Below are positions 42,939 to 53,593 of a stretch of 64,000 bases of DNA, one piece after another. Below the pieces are notes generated by a model that worked only from the letters and a program-made list of their open reading frames with translations, made no database searches and was not told the DNA's origin. This DNA is from Candidatus Micrarchaeota archaeon (GTDB lineage Archaea > Micrarchaeota > Micrarchaeia > Anstonellales > Bilamarchaeaceae): positions 1,079 through 65,078 of the forward strand of contig JBFLYM010000003.1 in NCBI GenBank assembly GCA_040757035.1, in the 5' to 3' direction. The stretch's first letter is position 1; each line of letters opens with the position of its first letter. Made by a program: the position numbers and the translations under genes.

Positions 42939-44990
42939 ATGATGGCTTTTGATGAATCAAATTTAATAATATTTTCATTGAGCGCAGGAATATTAATTTT
43001 ATTCTACGCGCTCTATCTTGCATTGAAAGTGATAAGATCTTCAGCCGGAAGCGAAAAAATGCAGGATATCTCTAAAGCAATTCAAGAGGGCGCAAACGCA
43101 TTTCTCGCAAGACAATATAAAACACTCGCGCCATTTGCAATAGTTTTGAGTTTGATAATTCTATACTTTATTAATTGGCAAACCGCGCTCGCGTTTATAA
43201 TTGGAGTTTTGAGTTCTGCGCTCGCTGGATATATTGGTATGATGGTTTCTGTGCGCGCCAACGTGCGTGTAGCAGAAGCAGCCAAAAACGGACTTGCATC
43301 GGCACTTGATCTCGCGTTTAAAGGAGGCGCGGTTACAGGTATGGCGCTTGTTGGACTCGCTCTTGTTGCGTTAACCGTTCTTTATTTATTTTTTGGAAGA
43401 AATTTAACGCCAATGATTGGATTTGGTTTTGGAGCTTCGCTTATTTCTCTTTTTGCAAGAGTAGGAGGAGGCATATATACAAAAGCAGCTGATGTCGGCG
43501 CAGATTTAGTTGGAAAGATTGAAAAAGGAATTCCCGAAGACGATCCAAGAAATCCAGCAGTAATTGCGGATAACGTAGGAGATAATGTAGGAGATTGCGC
43601 TGGAATGGCTGCAGATGTTTATGAATCTTTTGTAGTTACTATAATAGCTGCAATGTTTCTTGGAAATGCGATCGCTCATCAATATCCTTTTGATGATAGG
43701 TTCACTGCGTTTACCGTGTTTCCGCTTTTAATTGCTGGAATAGGTGGACTCGCAAGTGTAATAGGTTCATTAGTTGTTCGCCTTAACAAATCGAATAAAG
43801 ATAAAAAAATAATGCGCGCGTTCTACTTAGGAATAGGCTTGGCTACCGCAATTACTATAATCGCGTCCTATTTCATATTATCTAATTACAATTGCATGAA
43901 CCTTTTCTTTTGCGTTATAGCCGGCTCAATGGCAACCATACTTATTTTTGGAATAACGGAATATTACACAGCAAAAGAACACTCTCCTGTTCAGCGGGTG
44001 GCGAATGCAGCAAAAACAGGCGCAGGAACAAATCTTATTCAAGGACTGGCGGTCGGAACACAAGCAACAGCGCTTCCTGTATTACTCATTATTATAGCTA
44101 TTGCAATTTCATTTAATCTCGGTTCAGCATATGGCGGAGTTCATGGAGGGATCTATGGAATAGCGCTTGCGGCTGCGGCAATGATTTCGCTTAGCGGTAT
44201 AATTATTGCGATCGACTCGTATGGACCTATTACAGATAATGCTGGAGGAATCGCAGAAATGTCCGGACTTCAAAAAGCGGTTCGCGAGGTTACAGATGAA
44301 TTAGATGCTGTTGGAAATACAACAAAAGCCACAACAAAAGGATTCGCGATAGCTGGTGCAGCGCTTGGTGCGCTTGCCTTGTTCTCCGCATTTGCGAACG
44401 AAGCCAAAATCGCTTCTATTAATTTATTGGAACCGGCAACAGTAATTGGTTTGTTTATTGGCGCTATGCTCCCTTTCCTTTTTACCAGTTTTCTTATGAC
44501 TGCGGTAGGAAGAGCAGCATTTTTTATAGTTGAAGAAGTTAGAAGACAATTTAAAGAAATAAAGGGTCTTATGGAAGGAACGGCAAGGCCTGATTATGCA
44601 CGCGCAGTAGATATTAGTACAAAAACTGCGCTTAACGAACTTCTTGTACCAGGTGCGCTTGCGGTTTTTGCACCTATAATTGTCGGATTGCTTTTTGGTG
44701 TTGGAGCGCTTGGAGGTTTTTTGGGAGGAATTATTGCGAGCGGTTTTTTGCTCGCCATTATGATGTGCACATCTGGCGCGACATGGGATAACGCAAAAAA
44801 ATATATAGAAGAAGGAAATTTTGGCGGAAAAGGCAGCGATGCGCACAAAGCAGCAATTGTTGGCGATACGGTTGGCGATCCGTTTAAAGACACCGCAGGT
44901 CCTGCACTTAATGCATTAATAAAAGTCGTGAACACAATTTCGCTATTGTTTGCTGGCTTAATTCTTACTTATGGGGTTCATTTGCTCTAA
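42939..44990 (+). CDS. hppA: Membrane-bound pyrophosphatase, K+-independent H+-pumping type
   Basis: DVGADLVGKIE, DNVGDNVGD, GNTTKA (Lys determinant) and GDTVGDPFKDT. Confidence 0.95.
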   Translation: MMAFDESNLIIFSLSAGILILFYALYLALKVIRSSAGSEKMQDISKAIQEGANAFLARQYKTLAPFAIVLSLIILYFINWQTALAFIIGVLSSALAGYIGMMVSVRANVRVAEAAKNGLASALDLAFKGGAVTGMALVGLALVALTVLYLFFGRNLTPMIGFGFGASLISLFARVGGGIYTKAADVGADLVGKIEKGIPEDDPRNPAVIADNVGDNVGDCAGMAADVYESFVVTIIAAMFLGNAIAHQYPFDDRFTAFTVFPLLIAGIGGLASVIGSLVVRLNKSNKDKKIMRAFYLGIGLATAITIIASYFILSNYNCMNLFFCVIAGSMATILIFGITEYYTAKEHSPVQRVANAAKTGAGTNLIQGLAVGTQATALPVLLIIIAIAISFNLGSAYGGVHGGIYGIALAAAAMISLSGIIIAIDSYGPITDNAGGIAEMSGLQKAVREVTDELDAVGNTTKATTKGFAIAGAALGALALFSAFANEAKIASINLLEPATVIGLFIGAMLPFLFTSFLMTAVGRAAFFIVEEVRRQFKEIKGLMEGTARPDYARAVDISTKTALNELLVPGALAVFAPIIVGLLFGVGALGGFLGGIIASGFLLAIMMCTSGATWDNAKKYIEEGNFGGKGSDAHKAAIVGDTVGDPFKDTAGPALNALIKVVNTISLLFAGLILTYGVHLL

Positions 44991-45013
44991 TGACAATTGA
45001 TGGTTGTGTATAT

Positions 45014-45087
45014 TCCGCCAACCATAATACGCGTTTGTTCATTGATGGTACTCGAAAAACACCAAGCTACTTAGTTGGAGGAGTATA
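45014..45087 (+). repeat. Dispersed 74-bp structured repeat, copy 2
   Basis: 65/74 identical to 34072-34145; lies just upstream of the AbiE-like pair. Confidence 0.85.
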
Positions 45088-45136
45088 AATAAACTAAACG
45101 TATATTTTTATATAACTTTGGTTGATTAATATATTT

Positions 45137-45778
45137 ATGATAATTCCACTTGAGAAAAGGCTTAAAAAAAGGATGCACGTTGAAATCGCACTTCTTCAGG
45201 ACGAAATAACCGAACTACTTTATGGAATAGAGAATGACATTATCCTTCATGGCGGAACTTCAGTGTGGAGATGTTATGGTGGGAATCGCTTTTCTGAGGA
45301 TCTGGATTTCTATTGCGCCAATGTCAAAAAGATAGAACACAACTTTAAAAAGGCAGCCAAAAGCAGAGGTCTTTCTATTTTGAAATTCAAAAAAACTAAA
45401 AACTTGATTTTCTGTAAAGTATCAAACAGAAACTCCGAAGTTAGAATTGAGATAAATTTTGCGCGATTGAAAACAGCAATCTCGAAACCATTTGAAAAAA
45501 CAGATGGTACGTTCATGGAAGTGTTGACGCTATCGCCTGAGGAGCTTGTACTTGAAAAAATCAGCGCTTATCAAAACAGGAGGTTTATACGCGACATCTA
45601 TGATATATACCATCTTTCAAACTATGTAAATGATGAAAAAATCGGCGAGAGGATGATAACGTTTTTCGCTTCTCTTGAAAAACCAGTTGATGAAGAAAAC
45701 CTAAATAGTATTGTATACTCGGGAAATGTGCCAGCGTTCAAACAAATCGTAGCAGCATTAAAGAGGCGTTATTCATGA
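45137..45778 (+). CDS. AbiEii-family nucleotidyltransferase (type IV toxin)
   Basis: HGGTS, RFSEDLDF, LEKI.A and RDIYDI. Confidence 0.88.
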   Translation: MIIPLEKRLKKRMHVEIALLQDEITELLYGIENDIILHGGTSVWRCYGGNRFSEDLDFYCANVKKIEHNFKKAAKSRGLSILKFKKTKNLIFCKVSNRNSEVRIEINFARLKTAISKPFEKTDGTFMEVLTLSPEELVLEKISAYQNRRFIRDIYDIYHLSNYVNDEKIGERMITFFASLEKPVDEENLNSIVYSGNVPAFKQIVAALKRRYS

Positions 45779-46359
45779 AATACATTGCTAAAGTGCGCGA
45801 GCATTTCAGGAGAGTTCCAGTATTCACTATTTCAGATCTTAAAGTGTTGTTCAGAAAAATAGGTATTTCAAAGAGCTATCTTCGGCTTCTCATTCACAAT
45901 CTACTCGCAAAAGGCGAAATAAAGAAAATTTCGCGCGGCATCTATAGTTTCAGGAGCGAAACAGAAGTCGTAGGTTTTGGCTTCAGGCCATTTTATTATG
46001 GATTGCAAGATGCGCTTTCACTTCATAATTTATGGGAGCAAGAAACAAACCCTGTTGTCATCACTCCTAGAAAAGTCAGAAGCGGAATAAGGAATTTTGA
46101 GGGCGCTAACTATGTAATTAGAAGAATAAAGCGCGAAATGTTTTTTGGATTCACGTTGATAAAATATAGTGATTTTTGGATTCCTGTTTCTAACATAGAG
46201 AAGACAGTTATTGATTTTGTGTATTTTAGGCAGCAACTAAATATCGAGGTTCTTAAGGAAATTAGAAAAAAACTAGATTGGAAAACCCTTAAATCATACC
46301 TAAAACGATGCCCTTTATGGGTGAAAAATGGTGTGTTGAAAGCGTGCGGTTTGTCTTGA
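45775..46359 (+). CDS. AbiEi-like antitoxin / transcriptional regulator
   Basis: N-terminal wHTH (KGEIKKISRGIY), ALSLH.L.EQ and SNIEKTVIDF. Confidence 0.82.
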   Translation: MKYIAKVREHFRRVPVFTISDLKVLFRKIGISKSYLRLLIHNLLAKGEIKKISRGIYSFRSETEVVGFGFRPFYYGLQDALSLHNLWEQETNPVVITPRKVRSGIRNFEGANYVIRRIKREMFFGFTLIKYSDFWIPVSNIEKTVIDFVYFRQQLNIEVLKEIRKKLDWKTLKSYLKRCPLWVKNGVLKACGLS

Positions 46360-46397
46360 CTTTACAAAAATTTTTTAAACTTCGGTTTGAGACGAGC

Positions 46398-47039
46398 TCA
46401 AGCCTGACTTTCAAGTTTTCTTTTTATTACTTTGAGAGAAACGAAACTATCCCGTTCAAGTTCATCAAGCTTAAACGAAATTATTTTTTTCTGCCCATCA
46501 AGAAAAGGAATCACAATATATTCAAGCGAGTTTACGCGCCTTTTGGTTTTTTCTATTTCACTGATAAGCCGTTTTATTGCGATTTCCGTCTCAGCAAGTT
46601 GGAGCGCCATATTAAACACTTCTTCATATTCTTCTATACAATGTTCAAGCATTGAAGTAGTGCTAGAAATAGAATATCCTTTGCTGGGATATGTTCGCGT
46701 TTCGATATTTGGAGTGAGATGCGGAATTTTCACACCCATAACATTTTTAACTTCTATATCCACATCCATTACTCGCGCGCTCGCAAGCGAAATCGCTTCA
46801 AGCTCAAATGCGGAGTGATACGCGTTCGCAACAGCCAGTGCAGAATATGCGCCTTTCATTTTTATGTTTAATTTACTTCTTATGTCCTTTGATTTCTTAA
46901 GAATTTCAAAAAATTCAAGAATGAGCGCATCGCGTTTTTGCTTTAAAAGTTTATGCCCTTTTTTCGCAAGCGCAATACGTTCCTTTATTTTTAAAAGTTC
47001 CATTCGCGTTGGATTCGGTTGTTGTTCAATCAATATCAT
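46398..47039 (-). CDS. atpD: A/V-type ATP synthase subunit D
   Basis: NPTRMELL, GHKLLKQKRDAL and KTKRRVNSLEY. Confidence 0.95.
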   Translation of the reverse strand: MILIEQQPNPTRMELLKIKERIALAKKGHKLLKQKRDALILEFFEILKKSKDIRSKLNIKMKGAYSALAVANAYHSAFELEAISLASARVMDVDIEVKNVMGVKIPHLTPNIETRTYPSKGYSISSTTSMLEHCIEEYEEVFNMALQLAETEIAIKRLISEIEKTKRRVNSLEYIVIPFLDGQKKIISFKLDELERDSFVSLKVIKRKLESQA

Positions 47040-47063
47040 CCACTCTGTGTTTGGATACCATCT

Positions 47064-48488
47064 TTATACCGCTTTTTGGGATTGAGGTTTAATTTGGTTA
47101 ATTTGATTAAGATATTTTGCGATATGTTCGCGTTTCACTCGCTTAAGTTCTTCCTCTGGCAATGATGATAAAAGGTTCCAACCCAAATCAAGTGTTTGTT
47201 CTATGCCTCTATCCTCATACGAACCTTGGCGCACAAATTTATTCTCAAATTCATCTGCAAAACGCAAATATTTTCTGTCAATATCTGTTAGCGCTTCTTC
47301 TCCAACAACAGCACTCAGGCTTCTTAAATCCCGTCCCGTTGCATATGCTGCATACATTTGATCCGACACTCCTTTGTGATCTTCGCGCGTTTTTTGCGCT
47401 CCGATACCGAGATTCATAAGCCTTGAAAGCGAAGGAAGTACATCAACGGGTGGATATATATTTTTTCTATGCAAATCGCGTGCGAGTACAATTTGTCCTT
47501 CTGTGATATAACCCGTAAGGTCAGGAATTGGGTGCGTTTTGTCATCACCAGGCATGGTAAGTATTGAAAACTGAGTGACAGTACCTTTTCTTCCACGCAC
47601 ACGGCCGGCGCGTTCATAAATACTCGCAAGATCTGTGTACATATAACCGGGATAGCCTCTTCTTCCAGGTACTTCCTGCCGCGCCGCGGCGATCTCACGA
47701 AGCGATTCGCAGTAATTTGTCATATCTGTAATTATTGTAAGCACGTGCATATCATGCGTAAACGCCAAATATTCGGCAGCAGTGAGCGCAATTCGCGGCG
47801 TTATAAGGCGCTCCACGCTTGGGTCATTAGCAAGGTTCAAAAAAATTGCTGATTTTTCTAATGCGCCGGTTCGTTCAAAATCGCGCATAAAAAATGACGC
47901 TTCTTCATGAGTAATTCCTATCGCGGCAAAAACAACCGCAAATTCCTCTTCAGTTCCGCGTACTTTTGCTTGTCTTGCGATTTGCGCAGCGAGTTGGTTG
48001 TGCGGCAAACCAGAAACCGAAAAAATAGGTAGCTTCTGCCCACGCACCAATGTGTTCATCGCATCAATAGTTGAAATTCCGGTTTGAATAAAATCAGCAG
48101 GACTTTCACGTGAGTATGGATTAATAGGCAGCCCATTGATATCTAATTTTTCTTCAGGAATAATTTTCGGACCTTTATCCTTTGGTTCGCCCAAACCAGT
48201 AAATATTCTTCCAAGCATGTCGGATGAAAACGCCACCCGCATGCTATCTCCTAAAAATTTTACAGAGGTTTGTGAAGTGTTTATTCCAGTTGTGGTTCCA
48301 AAAACTTGAATTACCGCAATGCCTTCACTTACATCCAACACCTGCCCCTTTTTCCTTTCTCCGGATGGAAGAACGATTTCAACTATTTCATTATAACTTA
48401 CTCCACTCACTCCTTCAATAAATACAAGTGGACCTGCAATCTGATTTATTGTTTTATATTCCTTTATATATTCTTTCATCCCAATCAC
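47064..48488 (-). CDS. atpB: A/V-type ATP synthase subunit B
   Basis: [23 protein letters not shown] and [14 protein letters not shown]. Confidence 0.97.
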   Translation of the reverse strand: MIGMKEYIKEYKTINQIAGPLVFIEGVSGVSYNEIVEIVLPSGERKKGQVLDVSEGIAVIQVFGTTTGINTSQTSVKFLGDSMRVAFSSDMLGRIFTGLGEPKDKGPKIIPEEKLDINGLPINPYSRESPADFIQTGISTIDAMNTLVRGQKLPIFSVSGLPHNQLAAQIARQAKVRGTEEEFAVVFAAIGITHEEASFFMRDFERTGALEKSAIFLNLANDPSVERLITPRIALTAAEYLAFTHDMHVLTIITDMTNYCESLREIAAARQEVPGRRGYPGYMYTDLASIYERAGRVRGRKGTVTQFSILTMPGDDKTHPIPDLTGYITEGQIVLARDLHRKNIYPPVDVLPSLSRLMNLGIGAQKTREDHKGVSDQMYAAYATGRDLRSLSAVVGEEALTDIDRKYLRFADEFENKFVRQGSYEDRGIEQTLDLGWNLLSSLPEEELKRVKREHIAKYLNQINQIKPQSQKAV

Positions 48489-48604
48489 TCGTAATTAATT
48501 GTTTAGATACTATTCGTTGCTATTCGTTGCCACGTTAAATCTAAATCATCAGCCATATATTTCATCTCAAAATTTATAATTTTTATAACTTTCCGACTCT
48601 ATGG

Positions 48605-49153
48605 CTACTTAGATTTAATTCCTGTCAATACTTCTAATGCAGTTGAAATTCTTTCTAGAACAAGTGAAATTTTTCCGTATTTTTGCTCCATCACATCGAA
48701 TTTATTTACCGTATCCTTGTGAAATTCGTCTAATTTTCCAATAGTTTGTTTGTGAAATTCGTCTAATTTTCCAATAGTTTGGTCTTGCTTTCCTAACATC
48801 TGATCTTGTTTTTCCAATATCTTATAAAGGAAATTACCGGCAACGTCAATCCTTTCCCCCAATTCCTCGTTTGGTTCTCCTCTTAGTATTTTAAAATACT
48901 TAAATTCGCCCGTTGCTTTTTCTTCACGAATGTCTATTTTTTCAACTTCAATTGCAGGACCACTTATCTTGATCAGTTTTAAAAATTCATCAAGACGTTT
49001 CTCTTCCCCTTCTGCTACAATCTCGACAGAAACATCATCTTCTAGATTTCTTACTGTTCCTTTTATTCCGATTTTTCTAGCCAACTCTGCAACTGCATCT
49101 CTGTAACCTACTCTTTGAACACGCCCATAAACGTTTATTATCAATCGTTTCAT
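48605..49153 (-). CDS. acyP: Acylphosphatase with a C-terminal coiled-coil extension
   Basis: GRVQRVGYR and GTVRNLED.VSVEIVAEG; tail contains a duplicated QTIGKLDEFHK. Confidence 0.85.
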   Translation of the reverse strand: MKRLIINVYGRVQRVGYRDAVAELARKIGIKGTVRNLEDDVSVEIVAEGEEKRLDEFLKLIKISGPAIEVEKIDIREEKATGEFKYFKILRGEPNEELGERIDVAGNFLYKILEKQDQMLGKQDQTIGKLDEFHKQTIGKLDEFHKDTVNKFDVMEQKYGKISLVLERISTALEVLTGIKSK

Positions 49154-49212
49154 TTATCGCACCAATTACCAATCAATTCCATCCCATTGAATATTTTTAA
49201 TCCTATCTTTTC

Positions 49213-50991
49213 CTATTTTTTTGCAATTTCGCCAAAAGAAATATCGATCTCTTTGTGAAGCTCAAAAAGTTTTTCCAGTTCATTTTCCTTTATTTCTTTC
49301 ATTCTTCCAATCTTCGCAATTATTGGCATAGTTTGAATTTTTTTGAGATGTGTTCCTATATCAATGGCATGGATTGCTTTTTCATGGAAGAATATTATAT
49401 TTTTGAGCATTAAATATTGCTTTTTAAAGCTCGCTTTTGCATCAATATCGCTGTATGCGTTTTGTTGGAGAAAATCTTCTCTTAACATTTTTGTGATAAG
49501 AAGAATAACTTGCTCTTTGTCTGGAAGCGCATCTGGTCCAACCAATTGCACAATTTCCTGCAGTTCTGCTTCCTTTTGAAGAAGCTCCATTGCCTTATCT
49601 CGCATTCCTGGAAATTCATTGGCAACATTTATTCTGAGCCATTCATCCAAACTATCTTTGTAAAGAGAATAACTTTTGAGCCAGTTTATTGCAGGAAAAT
49701 GCCTTCGTTGTGCGAGCGAAGCGTCAAGCGCAAGAAATACTTTTGTAACTCTAAGCGTATTTTGCGAAACCGGTTCGCTGATATCTCCTCCTGGCGGAGA
49801 CACCGCTCCGATTATTGAAATTGAGCCGTATCTCTCATCTTTTCCAAGCGTCTGCACTCTTCCAGCCCTTTCATAAAATTCCGCGAGTTTTCTTGCTAAA
49901 TAAGCGGGATAACCTTCTTCTCCGGGCATTTCTTCTAATCTTCCTCCGATTTCGCGAAGCGCTTCTGCCCATCTGCTTGTTGAATCAGCCATAAGCGCGA
50001 CATTATATCCCATATCGCGATAATACTCTGCAATTGTAATTCCAGTGTATATGCTTGCCTCGCGCGCAGCAACAGGCATGTTAGAAGTATTCGCGATAAG
50101 TACCGTCCGTTCCATGAGCGGTTTTCCTGTTTTATCATCTTTTAAGTGTGGAAATTCGGTTAATACTTCGGTCATTTCATTTCCGCGTTCTCCGCATCCG
50201 ATATAAACAACTATCTCTGTGTCAGAATATTTGGCAAGGCTCTGCTGGGTTACTGTTTTTCCAGAGCCAAATGGTCCTGGAATGCACGCGGTTCCGCCTT
50301 TTGAAATCGGAAAAAAACTATCTATCACTCTTTGTCCGGTAATGAGCGGTATTATTGGTGGAAATTTTTCAGCGTAAGGTCTTGGAAGTCGCACAAACCA
50401 TTTTTGGTACATATATAAATTTTTCTCCTTCCCTTCAACAACCATTTCGCCAATTTTTTCCTCAATTGTATATTTTCCGCTTTTTATCTTTTGTATTGTT
50501 CCCTCATATGGTGAGAGTATTTTGTGCAATATAAGTTCTGTTTCCTGCACTTCTCCGATTATATCCCCAACTTTTACTCGTTCGCCTACTTTTGTTTTTG
50601 CAACAAAATCCCATTTTATATCGCGTGGAAGAGAGGGCACATTAATTCCTCGCGTAATATAATGCCCACTTTTTGCTTCTATATCCTTTAGCGGGCGCTG
50701 AATTCCATCATAGATATTTTTTAATAATCCCGGTCCAAGCTCTACGCTTAGCGGTTGTCCAGTATTTTCTACGCGCTCGCCTGGTTTAAGGCCTGAACTA
50801 TCTTCATAAACTTGCACTATGCACGTATTTCCGACTATTTTGATAATTTCCCCGATAAGTCCTTGTTTTCCGACTCGTACAACATCGTAAAGCTTCGCGT
50901 CTTTAAGGTCGTTTGCCTCTACAACAGGTCCTGAAATTCTTTTTAAATATCCTTCTTTGACTTCTCTTTTTGCGCCGTCCATATTTATCAC
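49213..50991 (-). CDS. atpA: A/V-type ATP synthase subunit A
   Basis: [16 protein letters not shown] and [12 protein letters not shown]; no intein seen. Confidence 0.97.
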   Translation of the reverse strand: MINMDGAKREVKEGYLKRISGPVVEANDLKDAKLYDVVRVGKQGLIGEIIKIVGNTCIVQVYEDSSGLKPGERVENTGQPLSVELGPGLLKNIYDGIQRPLKDIEAKSGHYITRGINVPSLPRDIKWDFVAKTKVGERVKVGDIIGEVQETELILHKILSPYEGTIQKIKSGKYTIEEKIGEMVVEGKEKNLYMYQKWFVRLPRPYAEKFPPIIPLITGQRVIDSFFPISKGGTACIPGPFGSGKTVTQQSLAKYSDTEIVVYIGCGERGNEMTEVLTEFPHLKDDKTGKPLMERTVLIANTSNMPVAAREASIYTGITIAEYYRDMGYNVALMADSTSRWAEALREIGGRLEEMPGEEGYPAYLARKLAEFYERAGRVQTLGKDERYGSISIIGAVSPPGGDISEPVSQNTLRVTKVFLALDASLAQRRHFPAINWLKSYSLYKDSLDEWLRINVANEFPGMRDKAMELLQKEAELQEIVQLVGPDALPDKEQVILLITKMLREDFLQQNAYSDIDAKASFKKQYLMLKNIIFFHEKAIHAIDIGTHLKKIQTMPIIAKIGRMKEIKENELEKLFELHKEIDISFGEIAKK

Positions 50992-51050
50992 TTTATCAGT
51001 TTATTACTACCACTTTGTTACAATACTATCTATCTTACAATATTATTTGT

Positions 51051-51395
51051 CTATTTCGTAATTACATCAAAGCCAAGCGCTCTTTTTATCAGCGCCTTTA
51101 TGTTCGCAGCTTCTTTACTTTCACCTGTAATATCTGGCAGCGGAACAATAACTGGATAAGCAAGAGTAGAAATTTTTTTCTTGATTTTCCAATCCATTTG
51201 TTCGCTAAGTTTTTCGCTTATGTATATAACAGAATATTGTTTTGAATCTATCAATTCTATAAGTTTTTGTTCGCTACTGCTCTCTCCTTCTCCTTCCTTC
51301 CCTTCCCGAATAGTAAAAACATTTTGTACTCCGGCCAGCATAAAGCCAATGGTGAAATGATGTTCGCCAAGCACGGCTATTTTCCCAATTGTCAT
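51051..51395 (-). CDS. atpF: A/V-type ATP synthase subunit F
   Basis: KIAVLG..GFMLAG and IKRALGFD; position in the operon. Confidence 0.9.
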   Translation of the reverse strand: MTIGKIAVLGEHHFTIGFMLAGVQNVFTIREGKEGEGESSSEQKLIELIDSKQYSVIYISEKLSEQMDWKIKKKISTLAYPVIVPLPDITGESKEAANIKALIKRALGFDVITK

Positions 51396-51492
51396 TTTAT
51401 CATCTTTGTGATTAGTTGATCGAGTTTGGTTGAATGTATTACGTATGGATTAAATTATGGATTAATTACGGATTAAATACAAATTTATGAAT

Positions 51493-52632
51493 TTACGAAT
51501 TCGGAAATATAAGCATCTCGCTGATTTTTTCATCAGGCATGCCAAATTCTTTTCCTATTGCTATTTTCCTTAAATTGTTTATCTCCTCCTCTTTAATAAA
51601 TAAAAAACTGAATATCGCTCCTATTGACAGTATAGAACGATAGAATACTGCTAATTTTGCCGAAGCAAATTTTCTATTTAGCATCATTTCAAGTTCAACG
51701 ACATTCGCAGGCGCATTTTCAAATCCAAATTTTTTTCCAACATGCATCAAACCATCGCGCATATCCTTTGCATCAATTAATTCTGCAAACGAGCCGAACT
51801 GTTTTAATCCTCCTTTTATAAAATATTTTGCTATTTCATTCGGGTTATTTATTCCGTGCTGTTTGAGTCTGACAATGATCAATGCATTTTTGAAATCTAT
51901 TTCGCGCCTGAATAATTTTGCTATTGTTTCAAATTCTTTTGCGGAGAATTTTCCAATAGAACTGTAAAGCGAATAATAAAACATATCCAATAATGCTTCT
52001 AATTTCATCACTTCAGTCGTTCCCATGTACCGAAAGAGTTTTTCAAGTTCTGCACCGAAAATTGCGGTATTCGAAACAAATTTTCTACCTAAATTTGTTT
52101 TTGCAAATTTAGAAAAAAATTCTCCTTCTTCGCTAAGCAATCCTTTGATTTCGGCTTCTGTAAATGAACCTATTGGGATTATGTGCGGTGCGATTTCTTC
52201 ATACTTTTTTCCTATGCGTTTTGCATTAAGAATAGTTTTTGCATTTATCAAATCCCATTTCATTAATATAACTCCAAACGCTTCTTTATCGCTTTCTGGA
52301 GTTATGCGTTCAAGCTTGTTTACAATTTCGGCAAAATGCATTGAAGTTGCAATCTGCACAAGATCAGAACCATGGTAATGAATGGAAAACTTCACAAGGT
52401 TATCTTTATAGTAAGTTCGTTCCAACATTTCTATAACTGAATATACATTACCTAAATGCGTTAGTCCGATTAAAAATTCTTTATTCAAAAGCAATCCTTT
52501 CATTGCACCGACGCGGGCATTGGAATAACCGTATTTTGCAGCTTTTAAAGTTGGTAGCGCTATTTTTCCGCTCTTTCTTGTTCCAGAAAATTCAAATTTT
52601 TTTACATGTGTAAATAAACTCGGTTTTATCAT
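51493..52632 (-). CDS. atpC: A/V-type ATP synthase subunit C
   Basis: YGYSNARVGAMKGLLL and KEEEINNLRKI. Confidence 0.9.
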   Translation of the reverse strand: MIKPSLFTHVKKFEFSGTRKSGKIALPTLKAAKYGYSNARVGAMKGLLLNKEFLIGLTHLGNVYSVIEMLERTYYKDNLVKFSIHYHGSDLVQIATSMHFAEIVNKLERITPESDKEAFGVILMKWDLINAKTILNAKRIGKKYEEIAPHIIPIGSFTEAEIKGLLSEEGEFFSKFAKTNLGRKFVSNTAIFGAELEKLFRYMGTTEVMKLEALLDMFYYSLYSSIGKFSAKEFETIAKLFRREIDFKNALIIVRLKQHGINNPNEIAKYFIKGGLKQFGSFAELIDAKDMRDGLMHVGKKFGFENAPANVVELEMMLNRKFASAKLAVFYRSILSIGAIFSFLFIKEEEINNLRKIAIGKEFGMPDEKISEMLIFPNS

Positions 52633-52689
52633 ATTATCATACAGTAGTTGTTTGAATACGTAGCCTTTTTTCCTTTTTCTCTTTTTTTC

Positions 52690-53274
52690 CTAATTTTTCA
52701 TTTTTACTTCAAACATTCTTTTGTAGATCTCCTTTCTTAGCGCATCCTTTTGAAGATTAAGCAATTCTTCAAGACAGAGATTAATTCTAATTTTTCCATC
52801 TTTGCTTTCAACTATCGCACCACCAATTATATCGGCATCTCCAACTATTTTTGCGCAGGGAATTGCAAATCTTTTTTCGCCATTTTTTACTCGCACAACC
52901 ACGTTTCCGCCCAATTCGTTTACAGCGCTGCTAATCATTTGTTTCATTTTGTTAACATATTGTTCAGTAGTTGTGTAAGAATTCATTTTTTCAAGAAGTG
53001 TGTCAAATACTGTGTTCACAGCATCTTCTTTTGCATCGCTAAGGATTCTTTTTGATTCAAGTTTCGCCCAACTAAGCCGTTCGCGCTTTTCATTTTCAAT
53101 CAAAGTTTTGGCTTCTTGGAGTGCGATAGCAACCTTCGCTTCGCCATCAGACTTTATTTTAGTAAAATCTGCTTCAAGCTCACTCTCAGCTTTGCGAAGC
53201 GAAGCTTCGCCTTCTGCTTTAGCATTTTTAAGGATATTTTCTTTAATATCGCTTAGCATTTTACATCTTCCCAA
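52690..53274 (-). CDS. atpE: A/V-type ATP synthase subunit E
   Basis: Coiled-coil N-terminus and IIGGAIVESKDGKIRI. Confidence 0.88.
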   Translation of the reverse strand: MGRCKMLSDIKENILKNAKAEGEASLRKAESELEADFTKIKSDGEAKVAIALQEAKTLIENEKRERLSWAKLESKRILSDAKEDAVNTVFDTLLEKMNSYTTTEQYVNKMKQMISSAVNELGGNVVVRVKNGEKRFAIPCAKIVGDADIIGGAIVESKDGKIRINLCLEELLNLQKDALRKEIYKRMFEVKMKN

Positions 53275-53515
53275 AGAGCATAAACGCTATTACAAATCCA
53301 AACAACACAAGAGTCTCAGGAATAAGATAATAGAGAAGTAATCTTCCGTATTCATTCGGTTTTTCTGCAATAACCCCTATTATGCTTGAACCTACACTAC
53401 TTTGAGCCAAACCAGTTCCTATTGCACCTCCTAATATGGCAAGTCCTGCTCCAAGTGCAATCAATCCTTCTTTTGCTACTCCTCCTACTATTTCTGCATC
53501 GGGCATATATTTCAC
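53261..53515 (-). CDS. atpK: A/V-type ATP synthase proteolipid subunit K/c (single hairpin)
   Basis: GAGLA..G.G.AQ and IPET ion-binding Glu. Confidence 0.92.
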   Translation of the reverse strand: MKYMPDAEIVGGVAKEGLIALGAGLAILGGAIGTGLAQSSVGSSIIGVIAEKPNEYGRLLLYYLIPETLVLFGFVIAFMLFGKM

Positions 53516-53593
53516 CTCATTTTTTAACTCATTTTTTTATTTGTTTTTATTTTTTTCGTTTTTTTTCATTTTTTAATGCTTTTTTAATTGATT

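Noticed and set aside
34072-45087. 74-bp pair as DGR template/variable repeats or as attL/attR of an island
   Set aside because: Mismatches are transitions in both directions, not adenine-specific. No reverse transcriptase or integrase is present, and the enclosed DNA includes core genes (radA, hppA).
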